This document shows, in pieces, positions 54,543-64,000 of a DNA stretch of 64,000 bases. Each line of letters begins with the position of its first letter. The stretch's first letter is position 1. Source of the DNA: Desulfurococcaceae archaeon (GTDB lineage Archaea > Thermoproteota > Thermoprotei_A > Sulfolobales > Desulfurococcaceae); assembly GCA_038894495.1 (NCBI GenBank), contig JAWAPI010000001.1, positions 13,796-77,795 of the forward strand, read 5' to 3'. The notes under the pieces were generated by a model, which had not been told where the DNA came from, searched no databases, and was given only the letters and a program-made list of their open reading frames with translations. The position numbers and the translations under genes were made by a program.

Positions 54543-55565
54543 TTGAGAAGAGACACACACTGCGAGCTAGGTAGAATATACATCAAGACATATAGTGAGC
54601 TATACAAGCACATATACAGCTCCTTGAAAAGAGTAAAGAAAACAAGGAAGACGTCATATAAGACGCTTTTGAAAAAGAAGATACACTACTCATATGAAAT
54701 AATGATATCTGAGCTAGGAGCCCTATACAGAGCTGTAAAGACAATTAACACATGCGGAGAGTTCCACAGGGAGCTATTCAAGGTATATACAAGCGAAGAC
54801 ATAGAATCATACATATCACTTGCTAAGAGAAGAATACATCAAGCTCGAGTAGTATATAGAGAAATAATGAGAGAAATAGAGTCCCAGGAAGAACAACACA
54901 TTAGATTAATCAACTCGGCCTTTAGAAAAGGACTAGGTAGACTACTATCGATCTACAAGAGAACAAATAGTAGGATAAAACAAGTCAAGGAGTATCTCAA
55001 AGAGGCATCTAAAATACCTGATATTAGAGGAGACTACGTTATTGTACTAGCAGGTCTACCACAAGTAGGGAAATCAACACTCCTATCTAAGTTAACCACG
55101 GCGAAGCCAGAGATAGGTGTATACCCGTTTACAACGAAGACGATTATTGCAGGTCACTGCGACCTAGGCCTCACTGGTAGAGTAGTAATACTTGACTTAC
55201 CAGGTATACTTGACTCCCCAATAGAAGAGAAAAACATCATAGAGCATAGAGCTATTCTAGCTATAAAGCACTTAGCGGATCACGCTTTCTATATATTTGC
55301 ATCCCATCCTGGATTCTACTACACACTAGATGAACAAGTAAATGTATATAATACAGTTACAAGACTACTTAGTGGAAAGAAGATAACAGTATTACTAAAT
55401 AAAGTTGATTTACTATCTAGTGAGGAGGTAAATAAATTAATAGAAGAGATCAAGGCTAGGATAGGCGTAGAGCCTATACCTATCTCCGCTCAAGCAGGGC
55501 TTAACATAGATAGAGTCCTAGAGGTGATTACTGAGTCATTTAAGGAGAAAACCCAATACCATTAA
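54543..55565 (+). CDS. GTP-binding protein, NOG1/Obg-HflX-like TRAFAC GTPase
   Basis: Helical N-domain then G1 GLPQVGKSTLLSKL, G2 YPFTT, G3 DLPG, G4 NKVD. Confidence 0.75.
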   Translation: MRRDTHCELGRIYIKTYSELYKHIYSSLKRVKKTRKTSYKTLLKKKIHYSYEIMISELGALYRAVKTINTCGEFHRELFKVYTSEDIESYISLAKRRIHQARVVYREIMREIESQEEQHIRLINSAFRKGLGRLLSIYKRTNSRIKQVKEYLKEASKIPDIRGDYVIVLAGLPQVGKSTLLSKLTTAKPEIGVYPFTTKTIIAGHCDLGLTGRVVILDLPGILDSPIEEKNIIEHRAILAIKHLADHAFYIFASHPGFYYTLDEQVNVYNTVTRLLSGKKITVLLNKVDLLSSEEVNKLIEEIKARIGVEPIPISAQAGLNIDRVLEVITESFKEKTQYH

Positions 55566-56613
55566 CAACAATTATCCCAGGTTTACCGAGCTCTCCACTT
55601 ACCTCCACGCTTGCACTTGGCATGAATATCTTAGATAGTTCAATCGCGGTTATTAAATGCATTGTTATCCTTGAAACCCCGATAATGCTCTTTCCTCTCG
55701 CTAAGAAGAGATATGGCACAAGCATATCTCCCATGTGTCTATCAAAAGCCATACCCGTCTCATATTCCTCAACAAAGACCCTGGCAGCCTCCTCGCCAAC
55801 TACTTCGGCTGGCTTACCTTTCTCGCCGAGGGAGTCTGCTCCAAGTCTAATTCCATTATCTGTCTCGACGTACACTAATACACCACTCCCAGGTCCTAGA
55901 TGAGGGTCTCTATCTGGTGGATAAGTCTCAACCACGACTCTTGGCTCTATCCCAAATATTTTTCTCAAAATAGACGATGCGGAGTCTGCTTGTCTCTTAG
56001 CAACATGATGTGGTAGTTTTACACAATAGCTTAAAACACCTAGTTGAATAGGTTTCCCTCGCGAGACTAGCTCGATAGGGGAAATAGGGTTTTTTAATGG
56101 ATAAACCTCCAAGTCCACTATGCCGCCTCCACGTGGGTAATGCCCTCTACGATGAACCTTGATGTTGAACTCAATGCCTAGTCTCCTTAAATTATGGGAG
56201 AATACATGTATCGTGTAGTCAATTGAGGGACTTAGAGGGACATTGGTTCCTCCCTTTATCGTTATCTTTGAGTGGCAATCACTATAGAGAAGTAGCGGGA
56301 GAACAGCTTGTATAACAAGTGATACACTACCTGCTGTGCCAATATCGAATTCAAAGTCTCCACATAGCCTGTCTCTTGGTTTAAATAGTAGTCTTGAACT
56401 ACCAACCACGGCTCCTTCAACCATGGCATTTGTTAACTCAGCAATTGCCTTAACAGCTGTTAAATGCTGTGGTCTCAATCCAGGATTATCTCTCCTAGCT
56501 CTAATATTGTAGATCTCGATGGGCTTTAGTAATAGAGCTGAAAGAGCTAGAGAGTATCTTAATACTTGTCCTCCACCCTCGCCCATACTACCGTCAATGC
56601 GTAGCATGCTCAT
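55540..56613 (-). CDS. rtcA: RNA 3'-terminal phosphate cyclase
   Basis: LRIDGSMGEGGGQVLRYSLALSALL..RARRDNPGLRPQHLTAV closely follows the RtcA N-terminal signature. Confidence 0.85.
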   Translation of the reverse strand: MSMLRIDGSMGEGGGQVLRYSLALSALLLKPIEIYNIRARRDNPGLRPQHLTAVKAIAELTNAMVEGAVVGSSRLLFKPRDRLCGDFEFDIGTAGSVSLVIQAVLPLLLYSDCHSKITIKGGTNVPLSPSIDYTIHVFSHNLRRLGIEFNIKVHRRGHYPRGGGIVDLEVYPLKNPISPIELVSRGKPIQLGVLSYCVKLPHHVAKRQADSASSILRKIFGIEPRVVVETYPPDRDPHLGPGSGVLVYVETDNGIRLGADSLGEKGKPAEVVGEEAARVFVEEYETGMAFDRHMGDMLVPYLFLARGKSIIGVSRITMHLITAIELSKIFMPSASVEVSGELGKPGIIVVNGIGFSP

Positions 56614-57139
56614 CTAGACACAGCCTTCTAACTCTCTCTACTCCTCTTATCTCATCAATATACTCGACGATCTCTACTGGGACAAGGTCTCGCCACTCAT
56701 CGCTACCAGTGATCATAAGGTCTCTTATTCTCGTTCCATGATATCTAGCAGGGTCCAGTAACCGTGTCTTCTTTGTTTTGAAGCCAATCCACTCAAATAA
56801 GTAGAGTGTTTGTGGATTCCCAGATGCAACCATGTTAACACGTGGTGATAGAGAGAGAACATAAGCAGTCCATGTCAAAGGCATATTTATATCTGGTATA
56901 GGTATCATCCAAACTCTCCCAACTAAGTTGTTGTTTATCACCACGCGATATATCATTTCCCATCTCTCGCCTGCTGTAAAGGGATTTCTACAAGTATAGC
57001 CTTCTTGGGCGCTTCCAATCCCAATAACTACCTCGTCTACTTCTTCTAGTAACTGAGTTATCGCATATAGATGTCCTTTGTGGAATGGTTGAAATCTACC
57101 TGGAAACAACGCTCTCTTTATCAAGTAATCACACACCAT
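56594..57139 (-). CDS. nadM: nicotinamide-nucleotide adenylyltransferase (archaeal NMNAT)
   Basis: ALFPGRFQPFHKGHLYAI (nucleotidyltransferase HxGH) and ..ISGTRIR-like GTRIRDLM. Confidence 0.85.
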   Translation of the reverse strand: MVCDYLIKRALFPGRFQPFHKGHLYAITQLLEEVDEVVIGIGSAQEGYTCRNPFTAGERWEMIYRVVINNNLVGRVWMIPIPDINMPLTWTAYVLSLSPRVNMVASGNPQTLYLFEWIGFKTKKTRLLDPARYHGTRIRDLMITGSDEWRDLVPVEIVEYIDEIRGVERVRRLCLDEHATH

Positions 57140-57172
57140 GTGTATATACTTGGAGCAGAGTAAATATAGTGA

Positions 57173-59113
57173 TTAGCTAGCTGTTAAATGTATTGAGTCG
57201 AGAACCGAGGGTGTTAGTACATCATGCGTGTATTGTCTTATTTCACGTGATTTTCTAAGTAGAGTGGCAAGAGCCTCTGTGGCATTTGGCTCTCCATGGT
57301 TTAATATAATGGTTCTTGGCTTTGGATTGATATCTCTTGCATATGATAATAGCTCTCTTTGATCACTGTGTCCACTAAATCCATCAATACTCTTCACTTC
57401 CAGTGCAACTTTTATCACCTCTAGCTTGTTCTCCACAATTGTAGGGACTTCTTTCATACCATCCTTGACAGCTCTACCCATAGTACCCTCAGCTTGGTAA
57501 CCTACAAATACAACAGCGTTCCTAGGGTCATTTGCAATTAGCTTAAAGTACTCAACTGCTGGTCCACCGTTTAGCATTCCATTTGTAGCTATAATTATGG
57601 AAGGTTTATCCTCGACTATGTCTGGGCGAGCTACTGGGCCCTCTAGTATCTTAACATTATCTGTGATAAATGGGTTTTCACCGTTATATATGTCATCTCT
57701 TACCTTTTTGCTCAAGTACTCTGGGTACTGCATGTGTATTGCAGTAACCTCATTTACTAATCCCTCGACGTATATATTCACCTGTGGTATTAGGTTTTGC
57801 TTCATAGCATTGTTTAAGACAAGCAGCACTTCCTGTCCTCTTCCAGCTGCAAAGACAGGTATTAATACTACTCCTTTTCTCTCAGTTGCTCTTTTAACGA
57901 TCTCTATTAGTTTCTCCTCGGCCTGGACCCTAGACTCCTGTAAAGTAGCCCCATATGTGCTCTCCATTATTAATGCCTCTACTCTTGGGAACTCTGTGTG
58001 TGCTCTACTTAGTAGTCTTGAATCAGAGTACTTGAAGTCGCCTGTATATACAATATTGTATAGACCCATACCAATATGTAAGTGAACGATAGCTGAGCCT
58101 AGTAAGTGACCTGCATTATACATTGTTAGCTTTATATCTGGTGCAACATCGGTTACCTCCTCGTAGTCTACTGTTATAGTGTGTAATAGCATTGTTACAA
58201 GGTCTTTCTCACTATATGGGAAATACCTACTAGATTTACGTGAAACCTCTATAAGGTCCTTTATCATTATTGTCATAAGCTCTCGTGTAGGCTTAGTAAC
58301 ATATACTGGGCCCTTATACCCGTATTTATATAGTAGTGGTACTAGGCCAACATGGTCTAGGTGGGCGTGTGATATGATAACTCCATCTAATTCATCTATT
58401 CTCAATATATCTATACTTGGATATGCTTTACTTGGTTCGTTGAAAACACCTACATTTATTCCAAAATCTAATAGTATCTTGCTCTCCCTGGTCTCGACTA
58501 GTATACCTGACCTACCAACTTCTTTGAATCCTCCAAGCGCTGTTATCCTAGCAAAGTTGTTCTTGTATATTATATCTCTATGAACTCTTTCGCCCAGAGT
58601 TCTCATGAACTCTGCTCTATAAGTATTTTGCTTTAGTAGCACTGATGTAACTTCTCTAAGTGTTTTCGACTCGAATGGCGTTGTTCTAAGAGGTATTACT
58701 CTCCAACCTGTCTCAGCGAGAAGCATGTTTCTAAATACACTTCCTTTGCCTACAATGTAACCTGGTCTCTCTGCTTTTACCAATACTTCTCCACTTGCTT
58801 CATCAAAGTACAATGCACTGGGATTTACTCCAGCTTCCTTGGGTGAATACTCTATTATGATCTTCTTGGCTTCCTCGGGGCTTAGTCTAGTATCTGGTGA
58901 TACTCTTATGAGTATTCTTTTTCGAACTTTCTTAGCTATATTCTGCGCAAGAGTTGGGTACTTAACAAGTGCTTTTCTATTTCTAACATATAATACTATA
59001 AATGGACCCTCAAACTCTATGTTTGATAACTCAAGCTCTGCAGGTATCTCTTCCATAATGTTTTTAAGTAGCATTAGTTTTCCTCGATCTAAGATCAGTC
59101 TACCAGATGTCAC
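57173..59113 (-). CDS. archaeal CPSF1-type beta-CASP ribonuclease with N-terminal KH domains (aCPSF1)
   Basis: N-terminal KH-like segments, metallo-beta-lactamase HAHLDHVG, beta-CASP region. 646 aa. Confidence 0.9.
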   Translation of the reverse strand: MTSGRLILDRGKLMLLKNIMEEIPAELELSNIEFEGPFIVLYVRNRKALVKYPTLAQNIAKKVRKRILIRVSPDTRLSPEEAKKIIIEYSPKEAGVNPSALYFDEASGEVLVKAERPGYIVGKGSVFRNMLLAETGWRVIPLRTTPFESKTLREVTSVLLKQNTYRAEFMRTLGERVHRDIIYKNNFARITALGGFKEVGRSGILVETRESKILLDFGINVGVFNEPSKAYPSIDILRIDELDGVIISHAHLDHVGLVPLLYKYGYKGPVYVTKPTRELMTIMIKDLIEVSRKSSRYFPYSEKDLVTMLLHTITVDYEEVTDVAPDIKLTMYNAGHLLGSAIVHLHIGMGLYNIVYTGDFKYSDSRLLSRAHTEFPRVEALIMESTYGATLQESRVQAEEKLIEIVKRATERKGVVLIPVFAAGRGQEVLLVLNNAMKQNLIPQVNIYVEGLVNEVTAIHMQYPEYLSKKVRDDIYNGENPFITDNVKILEGPVARPDIVEDKPSIIIATNGMLNGGPAVEYFKLIANDPRNAVVFVGYQAEGTMGRAVKDGMKEVPTIVENKLEVIKVALEVKSIDGFSGHSDQRELLSYARDINPKPRTIILNHGEPNATEALATLLRKSREIRQYTHDVLTPSVLDSIHLTAS

Positions 59114-59230
59114 TTATAACACCCAAGGAGATATCAGCCATGACTAGTATTATCCCATGTATTAATAGTTAAATAACCCTTCTTAAATAAAACACTATTC
59201 ATGGTTTACTACTCATTAATCTAAGTAGCA

Positions 59231-59854
59231 TTAATCAATAGACATAGTCTTCTTCAACTCAATTGTTTTCTCTAGTATAACTCCTTTGTGTCCAATAACG
59301 AGCACGTCAATCCCTTCTCCAGAGAAGCTATCTCTAGCTAGAGCAGCTATAACGGATTTTGCTGCTAATTCAACGGCACTATTTAAATCCATATCTGATC
59401 TATAGCTTGCCTCTAGAACCCCAATCGCTACTGTAGACCCGCTTCCAGTGGCAATATACTTCTCACGTGTTATTGTACCATAGAGATCTAAGTAATATAA
59501 GCTCGGCCCCTCATATCTATCAACTCCGCCGATAATTAGTTGAACTATAAATGGATATACTCTTAGATAACTTGAAAGCACTAGGGACATGATATTTGCA
59601 ATGCTACGAATAGCGATTGGTTTACCATAATTTACTTCGTATTGTCTAGCTACATACCTCGCGTTTTCAACGAGAAATTGAGCATCAGCAACTAATCCAG
59701 AAATAGTCATAGCTGAGTAGTCAGTTATCTTAGCTATCTTCTTAACTTGCTTATGGTAAACTACTTGTCCACCTGTTGCTCTTTTATCAGCAGCTAGCAC
59801 AACGTAATCTCTCGTTGTTAACCCAACAGTTGTTGTCTTGGAATCCATGTTCAT
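59231..59854 (-). CDS. psmB: proteasome beta subunit (paralogue 2)
   Basis: Propeptide MNMDSK then TTTVGLTTRDYVVLAADKRAT. Confidence 0.9.
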   Translation of the reverse strand: MNMDSKTTTVGLTTRDYVVLAADKRATGGQVVYHKQVKKIAKITDYSAMTISGLVADAQFLVENARYVARQYEVNYGKPIAIRSIANIMSLVLSSYLRVYPFIVQLIIGGVDRYEGPSLYYLDLYGTITREKYIATGSGSTVAIGVLEASYRSDMDLNSAVELAAKSVIAALARDSFSGEGIDVLVIGHKGVILEKTIELKKTMSID

Positions 59855-59926
59855 TTAGAAAGACACCTAGACACATACTAAACGACATGGGTTTTTATTC
59901 TTTCATTTTAATAATATAGTTTACGA

Positions 59927-60997
59927 GTGGACTATATGAATAATGTCCATGAGATCAAGCTCCCTCAATCAGTGTATGTTGGTGAAGGCGCGGTAAATAA
60001 CATATCTACTATAATAAGAGAGTTAACTAAGCAATCAATATTGAAAATAGGGATCGTAACAGGTGAAAATACATATAGTATTGGAGGTATAATCATCGAG
60101 AAACAAATTAGGGATCTAGGATCGATCTATGTTTGGAAAGTGCGTGAATCAACTATTGATACAGCTAATAAAGTTCTAGACGAAGTACTTGACAAGGAGA
60201 TCAACGTTATGCTAGGAGTAGGTGGAGGAAAATCGATAGATATTGCCAAATATGCTGGTTTCAAAGCAGGTGTTCCAGTGATAAGTATTCCACTAGCTCC
60301 AAGTCATGATGGAATAGCCAGTCCATTTGCTAGTTTAAAGGGTATAGATAAACCATATAGTATTAAGACAACGACACCCTACGCTATACTAGCAGATACA
60401 GAGATAATCTCGAGAGCTCCACGTAGACTAATACTCTCGGGAATAGGCGATCTCCTTGGTAAATTCGTATCAGTTAGAGACTGGGCACTAGCACATAGAT
60501 TGAAAGGAGAATACTATGGAGAATACGCTGCCCAACTTGCATTACTAAGCGCTAAACACGTGTTAAAATATCATGAGGTAATTGCTAGTAGCACACCAGA
60601 GGGGGTAAGAATACTTATTGAAGCATTGATAAGTAGCGGGGTTTCAATGTGTATAGCTGGTTCAAGTAGACCAGCAAGTGGAAGCGAGCATTTATTTGCG
60701 CATGCGGTTGAGATGTTATCACCTGGCAGGGTTTTACATGGCGAGGCTGTAGCTATTGGAACAGTGATAATGCTATATATCTATGGAGACTCTCTCTGGA
60801 GAAAAGTAAGGAATGTAATGAGGAAAATTGGTCTCCCGACAACGGCTAGGGATCTTGGTTTACCAGGCGATGTATTAGTAAAGGCTTTGTCGATCGCTCA
60901 TGAAATAAGACCAGAGAGATACACGATTCTAGGTGAGCGGGGTTTATCAATTGATGCTTCCTTAAAGGTTTTAAAAGAAACTGGTATTTTAGAGTGA
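59927..60997 (+). CDS. egsA: sn-glycerol-1-phosphate dehydrogenase
   Basis: Fe-ADH/G1PDH fold: GVGGGKSIDIAKYAG, SHDGIASP, GSEHLFAHAVE..HGEAVAIG. Confidence 0.85.
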   Translation: MDYMNNVHEIKLPQSVYVGEGAVNNISTIIRELTKQSILKIGIVTGENTYSIGGIIIEKQIRDLGSIYVWKVRESTIDTANKVLDEVLDKEINVMLGVGGGKSIDIAKYAGFKAGVPVISIPLAPSHDGIASPFASLKGIDKPYSIKTTTPYAILADTEIISRAPRRLILSGIGDLLGKFVSVRDWALAHRLKGEYYGEYAAQLALLSAKHVLKYHEVIASSTPEGVRILIEALISSGVSMCIAGSSRPASGSEHLFAHAVEMLSPGRVLHGEAVAIGTVIMLYIYGDSLWRKVRNVMRKIGLPTTARDLGLPGDVLVKALSIAHEIRPERYTILGERGLSIDASLKVLKETGILE

Positions 60998-61016
60998 GAT
61001 CTATTGATAAATCAAG

Positions 61017-61706
61017 CTATCTCTTTATCTCCTCGTAGAATCCTAGTGTTGAAACCTGGTCTTTGAATAGTTCAAATATATCAGCTGCTAACGCTAGCTT
61101 AGCGAAGCTAATGTTTTCGCGTGTTATATACTTACCTGGGATCTTGATAGTTAACTTCTTATCATTCGCGTTGTACTCTGTATCTAGTTCATTAATAGGT
61201 ATTTTCAAGTGTCTAGATGAAAGCGCCTTGACTCTTTCATTGAACTCCTCTACTTTCCTTAAAACTCTAATCTTGTATACAAGGGTCTTACCTGCAAGTG
61301 GATGGTTGAAATCTACGACTACTCTTCCACCACTTACTTGTTTTACAATTCCTCTTGCTCCACTTATCTCTACAACATCTCCTATGCTGATTGAATATCC
61401 TCTTCTCTGGAATTCCCTTATACTATATACCTTTACCTTACCTGGATCCCTCTCGCCGAAGGCTTTACTTGGTTCAACCTCTATTTCTCTTTCCTCGGTT
61501 TCACTCATATTGAGAAGTTCTTCCTCGACGTATTGATTAAGCCAGTTTTTACCAAGCACTAGTAGTGTCGGCCCATATAGTCTACTTGACTCGTATATAT
61601 TCTCGCGTTTAGCTATATCGGGGTCTGTTGTGTCAATAATTGTATTTGTATCTTTAACTCTAATAGTATACTCTACTATTAGAAAATCTCCTTTGTTAAA
61701 CACCAT
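61017..61706 (-). CDS. FKBP-type peptidyl-prolyl cis-trans isomerase (long archaeal type)
   Basis: KGDFLIVEYTIRVKD.., insert-in-flap region, ..VVDFNHPLAGKTLVYKIRVL, C-terminal extension. Confidence 0.8.
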   Translation of the reverse strand: MVFNKGDFLIVEYTIRVKDTNTIIDTTDPDIAKRENIYESSRLYGPTLLVLGKNWLNQYVEEELLNMSETEEREIEVEPSKAFGERDPGKVKVYSIREFQRRGYSISIGDVVEISGARGIVKQVSGGRVVVDFNHPLAGKTLVYKIRVLRKVEEFNERVKALSSRHLKIPINELDTEYNANDKKLTIKIPGKYITRENISFAKLALAADIFELFKDQVSTLGFYEEIKR

Positions 61707-61859
61707 TTATAACACCCATATATCTCTCCTGTCTAATCAAAGCTGTTTTATATATTTCAAGATACTTGATTAAACTAGGATTTTAAAGGTATTTAAATAT
61801 GGGATAAGTTTATAGGATGTGTAATACCAAGATATGGTTGGCTTGATATATTAGTCAAG

Positions 61860-62099
61860 GTGTTTGTGTTGAGTGACACAGCACACAAGATACTAGAAGA
61901 AAATCTTGGAAACATAGTGTTAATAAAGACAAGAGAGGGTATATCGCTTAGAGGCAAGTTGAAAAGCTTTGATCAACACTTGAACATAGTGCTAGAAGAC
62001 ACCGAGGAGATTAGGCGAGATGGCACAACGAGAAAACTAGGAACAGTTGTAATAAGAGGAGACAATGTAATACTCATATCACCTGTTACAGTGGAATAA
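61860..62099 (+). CDS. Sm-like archaeal protein (SmAP/LSm)
   Basis: Sm1/Sm2: IVLIKTREGISLRGKLKSFDQHLNIVLEDTEE..VVIRGDNVILISP. GTG start. Followed by rpl37e, as is typical. Confidence 0.85.
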   Translation: MFVLSDTAHKILEENLGNIVLIKTREGISLRGKLKSFDQHLNIVLEDTEEIRRDGTTRKLGTVVIRGDNVILISPVTVE

Positions 62100-62112
62100 C
62101 AGGTGACTTAGA

Positions 62113-62301
62113 ATGGTCAAGGGCACCACAAGCCTTGGTAAACACGGTAGAAGCAAAACACATATTAGATGTAGAAGATGCGGTAGACATAGCTTTAATG
62201 TAGCAAAGGGCTACTGCTCAGCATGTGGTTTTGGACGTAGTAAGAGAATAAGGAGATATAGTTGGCAGAATAAGAAAGTAAATAGAGTAAGAATAGTATA
62301 A
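62113..62301 (+). CDS. rpl37e: 50S ribosomal protein L37e
   Basis: [38 protein letters not shown]. Confidence 0.9.
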   Translation: MVKGTTSLGKHGRSKTHIRCRRCGRHSFNVAKGYCSACGFGRSKRIRRYSWQNKKVNRVRIV

Positions 62302-62367
62302 TAGACGCTGTAAGTAATTTCTAATAATCAGCTAGCCAAGTGTTTTAATAAACCCTTTATAACTAGG

Positions 62368-63579
62368 TTGGAACTCATGGCTAAATACTTAATAAAAGCA
62401 AAGATCATCATTGATGGACTAGTGGAAAAACACGATATCATCGGCGCGTTATTTGGTCAAACAGAGGGATTGCTTGGAAGCGAGTTTGACCTAAGATTAC
62501 TACAAGACAAGGGGAGAGTTGGAAGAATAGTTGTAAATACAAAGACCCAAGGTAGCAAGACAATAGGCGAGGTGTTAATACCTAGTAACCTAGATAGAGT
62601 AGAGACAGCGCTACTAGCAGCTATGATTGAAACAGTTGATAGAGTTGGACCCTACGATGCTGAGTTAAGAGTTACAGAGATACAAGACTTGAGGCTTGAG
62701 AGAATTAGGAAGATCATCGAGAGAGCTGTCGAAATACTAAGATCATGGAGCAAGGAGAAAACACCGGATCTAAAGGAGATAATTAGAAACATACAAGACT
62801 ACTTGAAAGCACCTGAGCCTTTACAATATGGATCAGACGCTCTGCCAGCCGGACCAGATATAGATAAAAGCGAAGTAATTATAGTTGTTGAGGGAAGAGC
62901 TGATGTAATTAACTTACTTAGATATGGATACACAAATGTAATAGCTATGGGTGGAGCTCGAAGAGTCCCCGATACTATTAAAGATCTATCTAGTAAGAAA
63001 AAGACCATCCTACTCGTCGATGGTGATCATGGCGGGGACTTAATACTGAAAGAAGCTCTCAGAACTATGAAAGTAGACTATGTCGCTAGAGCTCCACCAA
63101 ACCGCGAAGTAGAGGAGTTAACAGGCAAGGAGATAGAGGATGCCTTGAACAAGGCTCAACCAGTTTTTGCATACTTAGAGGAGCGTTTAAAAAGCGGTGA
63201 TAAAGAAGCAGAATTAATAATTCAAATTCAGAGGAAATTACATGGTGTGCCAGAAGAATTTGTAAGCGAGGAGACAATTACTATACCACAAAACATTATA
63301 GAGGCAGCAAAGACTTTACAGGGCACACTAGAATCCATCATCTATAACCAAGATTGGAGCGAGATCAAAAGAATCCCAGTAAAAGACCTAGTTCAAGAGC
63401 TTGAGACCATGGAGGCGGGGAAAATACACGCTGTTTTAATGGATGGTATTATAACACAGAGATTACTTAATATTGCATCAAGTAAAAGCATTAAGATAAT
63501 TATCGCTGCTAGAATAGGTAAAGTTAACTTCAAACCAATTGATGTAGCGATCTTAACATACAATGAGCTCCTTATATAG
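62368..63579 (+). CDS. dnaG: archaeal DnaG (Toprim primase-like, exosome-associated)
   Basis: YLIKAKIIIDGLVEKHDIIGALFGQTEGLLG N-domain. Toprim: IIVVEGRADVINLLRYGYTNVIAMGG..LLVDGDHGGDLI. Confidence 0.85.
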   Translation: MELMAKYLIKAKIIIDGLVEKHDIIGALFGQTEGLLGSEFDLRLLQDKGRVGRIVVNTKTQGSKTIGEVLIPSNLDRVETALLAAMIETVDRVGPYDAELRVTEIQDLRLERIRKIIERAVEILRSWSKEKTPDLKEIIRNIQDYLKAPEPLQYGSDALPAGPDIDKSEVIIVVEGRADVINLLRYGYTNVIAMGGARRVPDTIKDLSSKKKTILLVDGDHGGDLILKEALRTMKVDYVARAPPNREVEELTGKEIEDALNKAQPVFAYLEERLKSGDKEAELIIQIQRKLHGVPEEFVSEETITIPQNIIEAAKTLQGTLESIIYNQDWSEIKRIPVKDLVQELETMEAGKIHAVLMDGIITQRLLNIASSKSIKIIIAARIGKVNFKPIDVAILTYNELLI

Positions 63580-63589
63580 TATTTTTAAA

Positions 63590-64000
63590 TCAAAGTTTCT
63601 TACCTAGGTAGTCAAATAAACTCTTCCTACTGGTTTGTGTTTTTCTAAGCTGCGTCTCTGAGACGCCGAAGTATCCAAGTATTCTAAGAGCAGCGGGGAT
63701 TATCTGGTGGTCTATGTAATAGTCGTAATCTATTAATCTCGTATCTTTAACTAGCATATATGGCTCAGCTCTTTCAGATATCTTTCCCGTTCCCTTTAAC
63801 ACCACGTAACCTACTTTATCTCCGACTTCTACTTTGAATCCAAGTCTATTCATTTTCTTAGCTGCGTTCACGTGAGGTGCTTCTGCATCATACTCGCTAA
63901 TAGGCTTCGTAAGAGTTTTCCATATTACTAGTTTCTCAATTGGTATTTTACCTTGAACTAGATCAGAGATAATTGATCTCACGTATTCTACTCCTTTCTC
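63590..64000 (-). CDS. polB: family B DNA polymerase, C-terminal part (gene continues beyond window end)
   Basis: ..EAPHVNAAKKMNRLGFKVEVGDKVGYVVLKGTGKISERAEPY..DYDYYIDHQIIPAALRILGYFGVSETQL matches the PolB thumb/C-terminal consensus (PHVAVAK..YYIENQVLPAV.RIL). Confidence 0.85.
   Translation of the reverse strand, partial: EKGVEYVRSIISDLVQGKIPIEKLVIWKTLTKPISEYDAEAPHVNAAKKMNRLGFKVEVGDKVGYVVLKGTGKISERAEPYMLVKDTRLIDYDYYIDHQIIPAALRILGYFGVSETQLRKTQTSRKSLFDYLGKKL

Noticed and set aside
1-64000. I scanned for CRISPR arrays, IS elements/transposases, toxin-antitoxin pairs, restriction-modification systems and other known defence genes.
   Set aside because: None found. The only repeats are the intragenic and paralogue identity tracts and the 12-bp padR array. 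No regularly spaced repeat-spacer structure exists.

Overview
This is an AT-rich archaeal chromosome segment. It is most consistent with a hyperthermophilic, anaerobic crenarchaeon (Thermoprotei, Desulfurococcales-like). That placement is inferred from GC-rich tRNAs in AT-rich DNA, tRNA introns at position 37/38, eukaryote-like information-processing genes and a class III RNR; it is not a database hit. I call about 75 CDS and 4 tRNAs (Val-GAC, Trp-CCA with a 52-nt intron, Arg-UCU with a 20-nt intron, Arg-UCG).

Layout:
- 1-26.8 kb and 53-64 kb are dense core genes: NAD kinase, Trm5, PCM, FEN1, CDC48, TruD, Pth2, aEF-1beta, Rio1/KH, aIF1A, NMD3, aIF2beta, AlaRS, the conserved P1-P0-L1-L11-Spt5-SecE-FtsY-PfdA-LX-aIF6-L31e-L39e-PDCD5-S19e-YhbY-Rpp21 block, Nep1, two proteasome beta subunits, RtcA, NMNAT, aCPSF1, G1P dehydrogenase, FKBP, SmAP, L37e, DnaG and the PolB C-terminus.
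- 26.9-31.3 kb is a dNTP-synthesis block (nrdD-nrdG-thyX-dcd).
- 31.3-40.4 kb holds a cyclic amidohydrolase, two tandem three-subunit molybdenum-hydroxylase operons and a MoaD/SAMP-like protein.
- 40.5-49.5 kb holds a PadR-regulated ABC-2 exporter and a Dpp/Opp-type ABC importer.
- 49.6-53.0 kb holds a 1034-aa COG1205-type helicase and a compositionally odd A+C-rich spacer next to tRNA-Arg.

I found no CRISPR array, IS element, integrase, toxin-antitoxin pair or recognisable defence system.

The observations most worth follow-up:
1. The ABC substrate-binding protein looks like a clean circular permutation of the family-5 SBP fold.
2. The duplicated Mo-hydroxylase, amidohydrolase and MoaD cluster sits in an apparent anaerobe.
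3. The helicase lacks the family's Cys cluster, and the A+C-skewed spacer lies directly upstream of it.
4. Perfect short nucleotide-identity tracts link paralogous segments (P0/P1 tails, CDC48 D1/D2, Mo-enzyme subunits).
5. The tRNA-Trp intron carries a self-complementary, guide-like element aimed at C34.

All functional calls come from motif recognition by eye. No searches were run.
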